A stretch of DNA of 64,000 nucleotides from Trichoplax adhaerens. Its lineage: Eukaryota; Animalia; Placozoa. The notes below the pieces were generated by a model that worked only from the letters and a program-made list of their open reading frames with translations, did no database searches and was not told where the DNA came from. A program made the position numbers and the translations under genes. This document shows, one piece after another, positions 1 to 14,544 of this stretch (positions are counted from its first letter, which is position 1; every line of letters begins with the position of its first letter). The stretch spans positions 927,186 to 991,185 of the forward strand of contig NW_002060951.1 in assembly GCF_000150275.1 (NCBI RefSeq), in the 5' to 3' direction.

Positions 1-917
1 TTTGGTCAGAGCCTTATAATTCGATTCTGTATAGTACATTATTACCACTTAGTACTTTATTGCTCAAGAATCATGGTTATGACAAGTTATAGTTTCACTA
101 CTAGGGTTCTACAGTACATAGTAGTGCTGTTCATATTCACTTTGCGGTCTGAATAATACCCATACTTCGTCTTATATTTTCTTATAGGAATACAGCAGTT
201 ACTTATTGTACTTTGCAAGCTCAATATTTTGGGGAGCTTATATTTATCAGCTCTATTTAATACTTTGCATGCGCTACTTTATAATAGATATACTAAAATA
301 TAAAATTTCTTAACCTAAACGTAAAATTAATTTAGTAGGATATTAACCTGGCAGAGCTTGCAGGAAAAATCTGTTTGCATCAAAAGTCTAATATGCTAAG
401 ATACGACAGGCAATAAATGTATCCTTGACTGAAAATGAGACTGATTTGATATTTATCTGCTCATACTTACAACAAGTGATAGACAAATATGAAACGATCC
501 AGATTGAAACCGGTCATAGAGCATTCCGTCTTTACAATAGACAAAATGACACTAACTACGAGATTAGACCATGTAGATACTTATATGCGTATGTAACATT
601 ATACTACCATTTTTCATCTTTATAAAAATAAAAGATAACTCTATACGGGCAAATGATATTTTTTAGTTTTACAATCATGATTTTAATACTTTCTTTTCTA
701 ACTTCCGTAATAAGATATACAGTGCAATAGACATACAATACAATAGAATACGGGTATCATCAAACTTAATTTAAATGTACTAAAAAAATAATTTCATTAT
801 TTTGTGGATAGTAGCAAGTAATAAAGGATACCACACAAAAAATATGTACGGTATCAACAAAACCGAAGTTAAAACTTCAGTTACTTTCTTAATTTAAGAT
901 CTTCAGCTCCAGCAATT

Positions 918-3900
918 TTATTCAGAAAAAGGGGTTTCTTCTGTTGTATACACAAAAATTTGCCCAACTTTATCAAATGTGTACACTTTACTTTTAAATG
1001 TATCTAAAAGCTGCAATCCTGATATGACCTATAATTGAAATCGTAATTAATGTAAGCGTCATGTCCCTTCAATTTCCGATTGATCCTTATCAAACTTGAC
1101 ATATATGGTAGAAAATAAATATCAATATACACTCACGTGCAATCCAGGGTATACCGGTAAAATGTTAACAGACACTTCTATACTTTGACCAGGTTTTAAT
1201 TCGCCAAGCGCCTAATTAGACAAGAATAAAAGATGAGTATACTGGCATTTGATCAATTCATACTCTAAGCTATATTATTCTTACAACCTGGCCAGAGCGG
1301 CCAACCCATAATAATGGCTGGACCTTGGTATTATCCAACATTAACCTCAGGTTCATGATACGATCACTTTGTATAATGGTTTAAAGTTAGTTTGATCTTC
1401 TAGTGATAAAGCATAAGTACAAAGCGCGACGCGTTGTAAACATAGATACTTAATGAATACCTGGTTAAATTAATAACAGACAGTTTAACAGTAAATAACT
1501 TCTCCACCGGAACAGCATCTGCTATCTCAATACAATTAATTCTTAAATCATTTAGATCCCTAGGCTAAACCAACAAAATAAAAAATTAAAAAACAAGCAA
1601 TGACCATAATTGAGAAACAAACAAACTGCACTCGACATCAAAAAACCATCATTATTGTCTAAAGCTATGATCAAACTTTACTATACCATTCGTTGTAGCT
1701 GGCTGGTCTGTAATCTTCCTTTTTCACCAAAACTTGTTAACCACTGAATATCTAATTTACCAACATCGCACGCACTCTATCATATTAAAAGGACGTGCAC
1801 ATTAGTAAAACAAAATCTATTTCACATTTCATTTAGCGCTAACATTTATTATATTTCGAATAACCTTATCGCTTTTCTCAATTATTGGAGATACAGGAGT
1901 TAAACGATAGAGGTATTGGCGGACATCCATTGGACGTAGATATGAAATCTTTCCATTAGAACTTGGGCCGCTATTAATTTACAGAAACAAGCTATGGTAT
2001 CAGTCATAAGATAGTATCAAACTAATCATCAATTTTCTATGCCAAACAATATAATAGAAAGCTGCTAACAACAGCAGATTAATTTTATCTCTGCAAATGC
2101 ATAATATGCAGTATGGATGTGTACAAACCTTTCGGGTAATAACTTATTAATATCATCGAGATAGTACGAAGGGGAAGGATCTAATTTAACGCTATCTAAA
2201 TACATAGGATTTGGAGTAATATTTTCCACTTGGGCTTCAATATAGACTTCATCATCCTATCATTGGTAAATATGACAGTTAACAATAGTAAATACAGAAT
2301 CTATATTTCTAAAATGAAGACATTTTGTTAATTAAATTCTATACATTTAGTGCTCGGAGGGAATATTTTAATGTAAAAATGACTTCATCGAACAAGATTC
2401 AATTTTCTTACCTCAGTAACAAAGAACTTTGTTTTGACTTCAAGCGGTTTCAATACCTACAAGCAAGTAAAATCAAATAGATATCAAAGAAGGTAATCAA
2501 TGGTATCAAAACCATTGTGTACCAAGCTTAAACACGATTACAAGTAAAAATGATGTTATACGGAGATTACGGAGTATTGATTCTTACTTGAAATTTGAAA
2601 AATTTTTTAAAGTGTAATTTCTCTCCAGATGGACTAGTGTAACCAACGCTACATCCTAACCTATATAAACAATAATAATATATATAAGAAGAATCTTCAA
2701 CATAGCAAAGTAGTAACATATCACGATACACATGCATATACGTATTCCTTTAGAAGGAAATGTTACAAGATGAAGCTAAAATTACTCACACGTGTATACC
2801 AAGTTCTTTGACATCATAAGATACAATTTCATTAACATTTTCCGATGGCTGTAATAGCAAACTTGCATTTTCGTCCATACAATTTAGTGGAAGAGGATGG
2901 CGCTGAGCTTCCGTTTGAATATGGAGCTATATAATATTATGAGAAAAGCAGGAAATATGATATATACTGGATATCCTTGGCTATCAATGCTATATAGTAA
3001 AGATAAAATATCAAGAAAAAACGAACTTTAATTTGTATATCTTTGGCAGCAACAGTACTATCATTTTGCACATTAATATAGCTTGTAAAAGTTTCACCCA
3101 GAAAAATATTCCTATTCAATTGAAACAGAAAATCAAGATTAATATAATGCAACAAGATACAAGACTGATTAGCGTAGCAATACAGCTGATACTTCCTTAA
3201 CACAATCGCGCTGTACGAGTGAAATAGACTAAACTTGATAGGTATTGTCATCAATATCTTTACAACGGCTTATTTCAAATATCAAAGAAGTCGAGAGATG
3301 GCAAGTATTTGAGCTATTTATGCATTTTTATGCACAATATCTGTATTGTATTTACCCAAAACTTTGTGGTAGCGTTAACATTTCTCCCAATGAAAAGGCT
3401 TCTAATCCATCCACGACACCCAAAGCATTGAAAGATTGTCTAAAAATATCCTCTAAAGGGAGAAATCAATTATTCAAATTCGTGAAATATAGAATATCAG
3501 ATCAAGAATTAAATTAATGCTGCACTCACTGCAAATACATCTTATATTTTTAATTACGATAATATGATTGATTACTATTTATGCATTAGCCGATTTATAA
3601 GTGAGAGCTACCAATTTCACAATTCTACAAAATCTAAAACTTGAAATAAAATCATTCACTGAAAGCATAGACCTGGACTACTACGAAGTTTTCTTTTTAG
3701 TACTCTCCGTGAAATTTCCCACTCGATTGATGAAAAATTTTTGACGCGTCTATCTCATGTAGTATTTCAAATCAGCTTCCTACAGTAATTTATCCGTTTT
3801 TAATGTCAATATGATAGGCTTAACCTTGAAATTAGTATAGTAATAATACAGTATTTTAAGCGTATCGCTAACGCGATGGGGCATGCAGAAGTTATTAGAT

Positions 3901-5123
3901 AATATCGGCACAACGTACAACTGGTCTATCTCTGATTTTTCTCAGAATTTACCGTTAACATTAATGGAGATGGAGATAATAGCTTATACTCCTAGCTGTA
4001 AACTAAATCAATCTTGAAGTGCCAAAACTACCCTTATGACTAACACTAAAGACTTACTCTGATCATTAATACCATAAAGTAAAGGAGGACAAAAGCCTGT
4101 TTTATTCCGTAGTAGCCAATGGTTATACTGATAAATCCAATTATGATTTTGACTAAGTTGACTTACATCGAAATGGAAGTGTTTAATTCTACGGTACCCC
4201 ACTTTGTTTATCAAGAGGCACTCGTACCCCAACTACAGCAAAGAAAATGCATCTACAAAATTAATCATTCTATGACTTGTACAATGTACACATATATTAG
4301 GCATGGCTATATAGCTATAAAGTAAGACAGATCATATATTCGCTAAGGCAAGCTAAAGGAGTATAAGAATTGAATAGTTCCTGTACTGAAGTCGAGAATT
4401 TTATCGAGATTGTTAGTAAAATGAAGTCAAAACAATTTTCGATGCTATCCCAATCACTATCTATGTTCCATGGCCAATTAAATCAAAAGGCAAAACGTAG
4501 CTCTCCTTAAAAATTATCATCTGCATTAATCAAGGATATCAAGGAAATAGACAGTAAAATCGGTGATTCTAGCTTGACCCAACTACAATATGGTAATAAT
4601 TTTTTAACCCAATCCGTTAACAACTGGTTAAATTAAATTTATAACTAGTTTACGTTCTGAAACAAGTTGCCAACTAATAAATATAATTATAATTATATAA
4701 TACAGTACAATCGATCATTTTATGCACAAGAATATTGCATTGCATAATGAATTTAACCCGTCAATACCTTATATAAAAATGATCCGGTTTATAGAATAAG
4801 TCATGATGGTATCGCATAACATAGCTGAAGTTAGAATAAGGTGGTTGGAAAGAACAGGATTAATATTTACAGTATAACTTTTACCTGGTAGATCATGATC
4901 TTCGCATGTTATTGGCGTATGAAACTGTAACGCTGGCTTTGTCAATCGCATCACTGTTTTATTCAAGGTTAGACAAAGAAAAAGGAATCAACTAGCTGGT
5001 TAGCATATCATCAATATCAGAAAATAAAAGTAAGAAAGACAAATTTGATTAAATCCAGGCTTTAACATGCTTTAAATGACCTTTTAGTGTTAGTAAATGT
5101 TCCCTGTCTCGCAAGGGCTCCAT
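918..5123 (-). CDS. TRAPPC13: Trafficking protein particle complex subunit 13 (multi-exon)
   Basis: Spliced translation: [15 protein letters not shown]|[22 protein letters not shown]|...[11 protein letters not shown]|[18 protein letters not shown]...|...[26 protein letters not shown]...|[36 protein letters not shown]. Matches the TRAPPC13/C5orf44 signatures L-KVMRLTKP and [16 protein letters not shown] at 5123, TAA at 918-920, GT-AG introns. Confidence 0.93.
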
Positions 5124-8100
5124 CTTGGAAGGCACTAATGAACTACGCATGCCTGAATTGAATTTCTATACGGAAGCATATAAAAGGCACAATGAGTTCA
5201 GATTTAACCCTGAGTTTAGTATCAACAATAAAATGGCTTTAGTAGAGAGAAAATTAAATTCGTTTTAATTTTCTTTGGATATATTATAAAACCATTAAGC
5301 TTAGAGATTAGGAATAAATTGCTATGGCATCAGCTTCATGATGGTATCTCAAATAGATATGGGATGAAGTCAAGCATTACTGGAAACTTGTACGGTTTTA
5401 AGGAGTGCTATTATTATTTTCAATAGACTGCCTGCGGTGGAGAAATTATTCTCCATCCATGAATCATTAAACCTGTTAGCTTACACTTATACGACTCATC
5501 GATGATTCAATATGGTGATGGTGTTAACATGTCGATATTATTCAATTATATTTACCGAGTTTATATAAAGGAATGAATGATTAACTATATTAATAAATGC
5601 AGCAATGCTAACTTCAATCTCCAATACGATGAGTTATATATAGACTAAGCAATACTCTGTAATAACTTTATCGTCAATTAATAAGAGCTTTAGCTTGCGA
5701 ACTTATTATACGGTATGGATTAGAACTATCATGTCAAAGTTCTAGATACTAGAGACGCTCCAAGATAATTAAGTATGCTAGTAGCAGTAGATATTTATAC
5801 ATACTTAAAAGTATATGATTGTAGAATGTCATGATATTAAAACTGCAGATATCGAATTACGGTATTCTGACTATAATAGCACATAAGCTCATATACGAAT
5901 ATAGATGGGATACTTATCTGCTATGAGGAGATATCGTGATAGTAAAGTTCGAGCTGCTATAAATATTTGTAAAATAATTCTATCATCATCAATCTTAAGA
6001 TTGAAAATGCTCATAATAAACGATTATTAGGTATGGTGAGATTTAAATCCTGAACGCAGTACATCCATTAACTTGTTATACCCGTACATGCGCCTCAACG
6101 GCTTAAAAATAGGATGATGCTAAACTCTAGATTTGATAAATAACTACCAATGGAACTGGAAGCTATAAATTTGGGGCAAAAGCGTGAATAAATTTTCCCT
6201 TGCATATACTGTACTTATGATATAATGCAATCAGTAGATTTCGTATAGTAATTATAATCAACAGTCATCCACATTAGCTAATGAATGTATTAAATATATC
6301 ATCGATATAAGAAGAAATGATATCAAGCCTAGCTTCCTGTTCGATGAAAGCTAGTAGTTAACGTACTAGCTTTGATGGGAGCCTTTAACATATTAACTTG
6401 TACATAGTTGAAAATGATTTAGAGATGTCATGATATTCATACTTAATGATCTTACCTATACGATGATTATCACTTTTATATCTCACGTACTTAAGTTAAA
6501 TTGAAACTTTTTATCGGATTAAGCAAGCTTATTAACTGAAGTGTAGAGACCAACTGTAAAATGATATCGTAACGTACAACTTTTTGAGTAATCTTCGTGC
6601 CCAATTTGGCTTTTAAACGATGGTTTTGAGCAATCGTGATTCACATTATAGAATTGAATACTAATTACTAAATTGGTAAATCAGCAATCATCCTCAGAAC
6701 ATAAGCTTAAATCATATGTACTTATTCTATATTTGCATTAATTGTTCTATAAGTACTGTCGTCAACTAAAATGACAATACTGCATTATCTGAGCAGCCAA
6801 CCAATTGGTTCTAAATCACGACCATATGTTAAAGAAATATACAAATCACTCAGACTATCATGTTAGCATTTCTGTTAGAAACACTATAAAATACGTTTAT
6901 CAAGGTATTAAGGAAGAAATGATTGAAATTGAGTAATTGCAATTACGCAAAGTTCTAGGCTGGATCAATAATCTATAAAATCGTAAAATTCCTTCTGTTG
7001 CTAGAAGACATTAATTTGTAATAAAATAGAAAATTTGCATACACATTAGGAGACCCTTGCTAAGTCTGCTTCCAATTCACATTACTCGAATACACTCGAC
7101 AAAGCATATTAGCTAGAATTAAAGCATACGACATACGAGCAATTCATATACAAAGCATAGGTAGTTATAGAAAACGCAGACCCTTACTGAATACTGAACT
7201 CCCCATCGCCAAATATATATTTTATAAAAAGTATTAGATTAGTACTGTGAGTGTTCAACTGCATAAATTTGATTAAAAATGAAGCTCAAAGGGCCTAGTC
7301 CAGTTAGTAGTGTACAATACTTGCTCAGTAACTGGCATACGATACGACTATAGATAAAGGATACTACTGCCATGATCCGACTCTTCCATGCAGAATTGAC
7401 AGTCTTGTGTTAACGAATCATTAATCCTTACTAACATCTTGTCAGTGTAACTACCTTAATGGCAAATTTAATACCATACCAGAGATTATTAAATCATTGA
7501 TATACTCGATAAAAGCGTTCTAGATAACGTATGAACTACAAAAAATGATCCGTAAATGCATTGAAAACCCTAGTTATTGTAGCTTCAAAAAGCGTAGTAA
7601 GATTCTGACTTCCCAGCATAACTTTAACGCCATTTTCTATTATTGATTATTATTGAATGATTTTATTGTCACAGATATTTTACTCTTACAACAAGCTATA
7701 AATACCAGACCGATAAATTTGGATAGCAAAGGATGTACATTATTTTAAATAATCACACTTGGCTAGCCGTTCAGTGTCCCACCAGATACTTGCGCAATAA
7801 AGTTGCTGCTCCAGCAATATCTAGATACCGGATATTATTAATACAAATACGTATGTAGATAGATAGATTGCATGCCAATTTTATGATAGCTTAAATGCTG
7901 TAAAATCAGCAAAAGTAAATGCTTACAGGTACAAGTACCTCTACGTATACAAGGTCATTCAAGGACACACTCAAGGTAAGAGTTACTAAGAGATGACACC
8001 AGCATTTATAGTCGACAGTCAATTTAAACGTCAGGTATCTATAACTAATGTTGGAAAACATAACTGCAACGATATGAACAAACTCTAAAATCTACTTTTA

Positions 8101-8251
8101 TCGCCATTTACGCGGATATGTATTACGGCATCGTGCACAGCTTAGTGAAATGTCCGTAATGTCTAAGTTTCATTAATACATCCACATCGCTGTAGCCCCA
8201 TACTCTAACATGAATACCTTTCCAGGTAAAAGTATATTCTGGCTTAGATAA

Positions 8252-11200
8252 TTAATTTTCTACCTGTGCCTGTAAACAAAGTAAATAAATGCAAAATCAA
8301 GAATTCAGATTTATTATACTCGCTCAGATATACCATATAAGAATGACTGATTATTCTGAGAAAAGAATGTCTTCACTTATAAAAATCACTCGAATGAATG
8401 TTTACTATACTGGACATACGCATGTCCGTTCATTCATACAGCAGTATTCAACTAGATAGCTCTCATATTCGGCTTGTCTTCTATATACTTACAGCAGCCA
8501 ATGCTTGTTCAAGATCTGCAACCAGGTCTTCCGTTTCCTCAATACCTACCGATAGCCTAATCTGTTGACAATATTAACATGTAGCGTAAGATATACAATC
8601 AGTAAAAGGCTATAACGATAAAATGATAAATCTGTACCAAAGTATCCGTTATGCCAAGTTCAGCCCTCTGCTTTTCAGGCACTGATGCATGCGTCATAAG
8701 TGACCTAATGTTATCATATTCATTATATAAGTTGATTAAAATAGACATTAATAATGATCAATCCGAGTAATGCCAGCAGATACGTAACAGAAGCTAGGCT
8801 ATACAATTTTTTAATAAATATATATCAAATTACAAATTAAACCAATAATCTTAAATTAATCTAAGATTAATAGCAAGTCGAACCACAATGCCAATTACAC
8901 TAATCAATTCTACAAACTTACGGAAGTTCAGCCAAACTTTCGTATCCTCCAAGGCTCTCTGCTAGCGTAAAGATCTAGGGTCATGAAATATACCCAAGTA
9001 TAGTTTAACGTGAGCCGATTGCCAATTCAGGTCGATAGTTAATCTATTTTGCAATACGGTAGTGAGGTAAATTAAATCTTAACCTTGATATTTTTGAAGA
9101 ATCTCGCAGCCGTCTTGGCATCTCCTTTTGCATAAAAGGTGACCATTCCACTAAAGCCTTTCATCTGTTTCTTAGCAATTTCGTGCTGAGGATGGCTGGG
9201 AAGTCCTTGAAAAATTGATAAAAATTTATGTAAGATAAAATAAAATTATCTATTTAGCTACTAATTAATAGAAAATTAAAAAATAATTGCTTACCAGGGT
9301 AAAGAACTTTTTCCACATATGGAGAGGACTCCAAAAATTTGGCAACAGCAAAAGCGTTAGCTTGGTGCTGTTTCATACGGATTGCTAATGTTTTAACACC
9401 ACGATTCGCGAGGTAGCAGTCGAAAGGACTCGGTACTATTCCCATTGCTAATAAATCAAAGTTTCAGTTAACGGTTCGTAAAACTATGCATTACGTAAGA
9501 GTACAAGGGTATCTATTGTATCTTACCGAATTGCAAAAAGAACAGCTTCTCATTTATTTCATCGCTGTTAGTCACAGCAACCCCCATAAGGACATCGGTA
9601 TGTCCTATAAATTTAAGAAATATCTTATTAATTATAATTGAAATATTAGAAATTTCACCATAACGAATTGTACGAAAACCACGGTTAACAGCTTAGATAT
9701 ATGAGTTACGATCAATTCATAATTAAAAAAAATGTTTATTTACCATTCATGTACTTCGTAACGGAATGCATCACGATATCGGCGCCAAGACTTAATGGAC
9801 GCTGAAATAAAAAATTATTTATTATTACCCCAACCATGCCTTAATTTGGACATTATTGCTCATTGAGAATACTCAGCTTTCATGCTATGGGCAGGCAGTA
9901 GGGTACCATGCCCTCAACATGACTTAGCTTACTATGCAGTCAGTTTACTACCTGAAAGTATGAGGAGGCAAAGGTGTTATCGACGACAACAATTATATCC
10001 TACAGATAAAAATGCCCACGTTATCAATCGTCTTCAATTTCAAGTTAATTCACATTCGCGACAAGAACATCCAAAAACAAAGAAATTTGGTATCTATTCA
10101 TAATATCGCGATCTGTAATTCACCTTGTGTGCGTGCGCTATTTTGCTGGCCCCTTCTAAATCGGTTACTTTCAATGTTGGATTAGTCGGTGATTCTAACC
10201 ACATCATCTGAGAGATTAATAATATATTAATTATGTTCAATAGAAATATTATTCGTAAAAATCTTGGTATATTTCTTTGAAGGACTCAACAATCCGTAAT
10301 GGTAAGAAATATATCAGGTACTAAATGTGTGTATTTTAACACTAGATCAAACACGCCAACATACCCTTGTGTTTGGTTGTATTGCGGCTTCGATATTTTT
10401 TAAATCCGAAGTATCGACAAAAGTAGCAGTCACACCAAACTTACCACAAACTTTTTGAAAATAACGATTTGTTCCTAAGTAAATACAACGCAAATGAATA
10501 ATTCAGTACCGTCGCTTATTATCCATTATTATACATACTGCATAATACACAATATCGAATAACTGATAGTTAACACTAAAATTAGTGATGAAATAGTTCA
10601 ATAGGGTGATAGTCACAGAAATCGAATCAGAATAAAATCTAATGTTCATAAAATTTTAACATCCTGTCTAATACTGTAAGTTTAATATTATAAAAGTCGA
10701 GATAAGGTATTACACTTTATCAACCTGAGAATGGCTAAAATAAAGATTTATACTACGTTTCTATGTCTAGGCAGAGAATGATTTATAGATCAGATCAACA
10801 CATAACTTTACCTCAAGTAAATTAAATTGTATTGATAATAAACTATCACTTTAAATCAGTGAAATAATTATTTCATCAAGATATTGCTTAATAAATACCT
10901 CCATAAACGTCATTAACGGATACGATGTGATCGCCAGATTTCAAGAGGTGAACGATGGAAGTTGTAGCTCCTAAGCCAGAGCTAAAAGCCAAGGCTTAAA
11001 AAGTGAAAAAGAAATGATTTACAAGACGTACATTACAATGGTTAATAGTATCAATATGTTGTACTGTATTGCAGGACTCTTTGTTAAGGAGTTGATGAGA
11101 TAACAAATGAAATCTATAGACATGTGACAACATCAACTGTTATATCGCGCTAAGAAACCTTTACGTCGCTATCAACATTCAATCAGCCACTGTTACGAAA

Positions 11201-12988
11201 AATTAGTTCAATTTTACTCATAACTTATGCAAAGTAAAACGCTATTGTAAAATGTACATCTTAACTTGTATGAGGAGAGTCACTTGACGTTTAAACTGGG
11301 TAGCGTTGAAGTAGAGCAAAAAGAGCAAACATGTATTTTATAATATTGAAAGGTGATAAAAAATGATCAATTTTACTTTAAAACGCCCAGCACCTGATCG
11401 TATTTGTTAGTGGTGTTACATACCATGCTTAGCTCCCTCTAATGAAGCCACACATTTTTCAAAAACTTTTCGAGTTGGATTACCACCTCTGGTATACTCG
11501 TAACCCTAGCGATTGAAGACAAAGCACTTAAATAAAATATTCGACCGCAATCGATGGAACATCATACGAGTATTATAATCCAAAAATACAGCATATAAAC
11601 TACAAAGGTTATTGTTGTACAAGATTCGTTCAAGGTTCATTGGTAATAATTTAAAATTAAAGTTTGAATACTTAATTATTGCAAGACAAGCGAACACAAA
11701 AACACGACAATCTTTGCCATATGCAATTGCCTGAAGCTTATTAAAAGGGTACTGTAGCACCTTGAATCGCAGTTACTTAAATCACAGTAACGTACACATG
11801 AATAAGTGAAAAGTGATATCTATTTTCTCTATTTTTTGCAATTTGCTGCGAGACATTTCAATTGTTCAAAGGAGCAGCCCAAGGAGTATTCACAAAATCT
11901 CTAAAACATATACTGTAACTACGTCTGGCGATTTACCTTGCAAACATTGATTGTCAAGATAAAAGCATCAACAGACATCATACCGTACTATCAACAACTT
12001 ACGGACTACTGCGTGCTATAGTAGAAAAGAGAATAAATTGATGTTTTCGATCCATTAACAATCTATTAAAGACACTCAAAACAAAACATTTACCATTTGA
12101 CGATGGAAATACTACTACACTGTTTAGGAAACAGTTATCTGCACTTTCAAGATTTTCGCCTACACTTTATCCTATTTATCTATCATGATGCTGTCAAGAT
12201 AATCTTGCAGCTTACATCTAGTATTTATTTTGGCTACACACTTGTGCCAAGGTCGATGGTCATCAAAGATTTATTCATTGCCGTTGTTTCAGTTATATAT
12301 AATATAATTATTATTATATCAATACTATAAAAAAATGATTAACCACAGGTTACGCCCAAAAACATCATGCTGACATTTAATAGCCTGTTACTTATACTGA
12401 ACTTGAGCAATGCCAACCAAAGTGGATCGAAAACGTGGCATGCACTGACTAATGTTACTTCATGTTCATCACTGTCGAACATCCAAATCTTCCGATTATA
12501 ATCTATCGGGAATTATTTATATTATCATTTTAATGCCAGTAATCGCTTACTAACAGCAAATCAAGAATGTAACGAATACGTAGTTCAATCTACAGGAACG
12601 TACTGTACTGTACAGGTCCATTTTTAACGTATCCCTCTCAGCATTATTTCAACCAATTCATTACTCATCGCATCGAGTATTTACTACTACTGAAGCTGGA
12701 AGAATTGAAAATGAAAGCTGATGAAAGGCTTGAAATGCGTTGAAAGATTTACACCTTGTTAACTAACGATCGGTTGATGATCATTTGATGATCATTGCGA
12801 TATTTTTTCCATCATGAAAAGAAGTTTAACTCCATTTGGCCATGGCTACTTACATTGTTATCGCCCGGAGCATGTTGCTTGAACGTTGTGGAAAGAGAAA
12901 TTTGAGGGATCATCGACATGGATTTCCATTGGTCTGGCGATTGACCAACGTGTATCGCATTGGTAGCAAAATGTTCAAACGTAGACAT
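8252..12988 (-). CDS. CTH: Cystathionine gamma-lyase (PLP-dependent transsulfuration enzyme), multi-exon
   Basis: MSTFEHFATNAIHVGQSPDQWKSMSMIPQISLSTTFKQHAPG|GYEYTRGGNPTR...|AFSSGLGATT...DVYGGTNRYF...|WLESPTNPTLKVTDL...|VVDNTFAS...|DIVMHSVTKYMNGHTDVLMG (PLP lysine)|MGIVPSPFDCYLANRGVKTL...|IFTLAESLGGYESLAELP|...IRLSVGIEETEDLVADLEQALAA|AQVEN*. The tiny last exon (8252-8269) is inferred from splice sites. Confidence 0.95.
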
Positions 12989-13381
12989 GATTTGGCAGTG
13001 AAAACTTGTGTGACTATTCAAAAAAAGCGCTGAAGAATTTAGCTGAGGACCAAAGGAGACGGACACTTCCCACACTCCACCTTCTTCCGACGGCTACAGG
13101 TGATGAATATCCGCTGACTAACGCTGGAGGGGACTTTTAATGAGTTGATATGGTTATGCCACGTAAGTGACTTTCATAGACTGGATTCCGCCGCCCAAAA
13201 GCCGATGATACAGAGTGGATTGTATCGCATGTTCGGGCAGCATTATACACGCCATATCCATTCCAAGCCACAGTAACGCTGACTAATGATAGGATGTACT
13301 GTACTGTAGATACAGTACTTTTGATACACTCAGTACTGTAAAACTGGGTTGCTTTGCACTGTATGAGTGCTGCGGTTCGTG

Positions 13382-13389
13382 TGACGTCA
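13382..13389. promoter_or_regulatory. Full palindromic CRE (TGACGTCA) in the CTH/CLPP divergent intergenic region
   Basis: Exact TGACGTCA about 400 bp upstream of the CTH ATG. Function not demonstrated. Confidence 0.4.
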
Positions 13390-14544
13390 ACACTAGCTGC
13401 AGCCTGCTGTAAACATTCAAATCGTTATACGGATAGTTTAGTTACTGCTCTCAGAGCATGGATTGCTAAGCAATTCCTGCACTGTGCTCGTAATTAATCG
13501 ATGGTGAAAACTAGCGATTGATTTGGGTCTAAAAAAAATTTTAAAATTCAGTACACCACTATCAAACCGGTAAATAAAGTCATCGGATCATGTCAGATGC
13601 AGTACACGGCGTAAATGAGCTGCTATATCGATAGCAATCGCAGTACTGTAGCAGTTCAAACTTCCTTGTAAAGTAGAGCACTGGGCAAAAATTCGGAATG
13701 GAATTGGATGGACTACTAGAAGAAAACCTTGCGCCTTTTCTTCTAGTAGTCCATGACAGTACATGAACATATACGCGTCTATACAGTACAGTGACCTGGA
13801 ATGAAATGCAGTTCGTTGATCATCAAGCAACACAACACACATACTATACTGTACAGTACTACTACATACTGTTACAGTATAGGCTTGCAGACAATGAGAT
13901 TGGCAATTTGGCATGCAAAACTGACCTAAAAATAAATAAATTAATCAATTATAATTACAGTACAGTACTTATTATTATCGTTAATCGAATCGGATACTGA
14001 AAAGTGAAAACACACGGCAATTGCGGAAAATAACGGTACTATAAACTACAACCTGCTCTAACCACGCAAATCGTGCTAGTGCCTAAGCGAGCAGATGGGC
14101 AATATTAATTGTGTACTGTAGATGTACAAATGTGAGTACTGTACTGTATGAAGTACTGAAACTGTAAAAGGAAAGACTGAGTATGCGCACAGTCTGCAAC
14201 AATGTTACGCTCTGTACATTATTGCGTGAAAATGGAAAACTGCTCTGTAGCACCGTACACCACTAGATTCAATATGAAACTTGATTCATGTTTAAGACCT
14301 TGCAGTCTTATCACACAAGCATATTGACGTCTTATGCGCCTGGTGATCGGGTAAACATACTGTATGCACAGTATGCGATACTATAATATGCTGGCATAAA
14401 ACGTACTGTATCGTACGATATTTCCAAAGTCGCGATTCAAACCGATTTCCGGCAAAAAAGCTCCAATCATTAATATTGTATACTGTAGTAGCAACTATTC
14501 AAAGATCTAGTGTATAATTATTGAAACATTTATACAAGAAGACA

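Noticed and set aside
6347-6373. Perfect 10-bp inverted repeat AAAGCTAGTA-N7-TACTAGCTTT
   Set aside because: Isolated short AT-rich hairpin that is plausible by chance in 64 kb, with no supporting ncRNA or transposon context.
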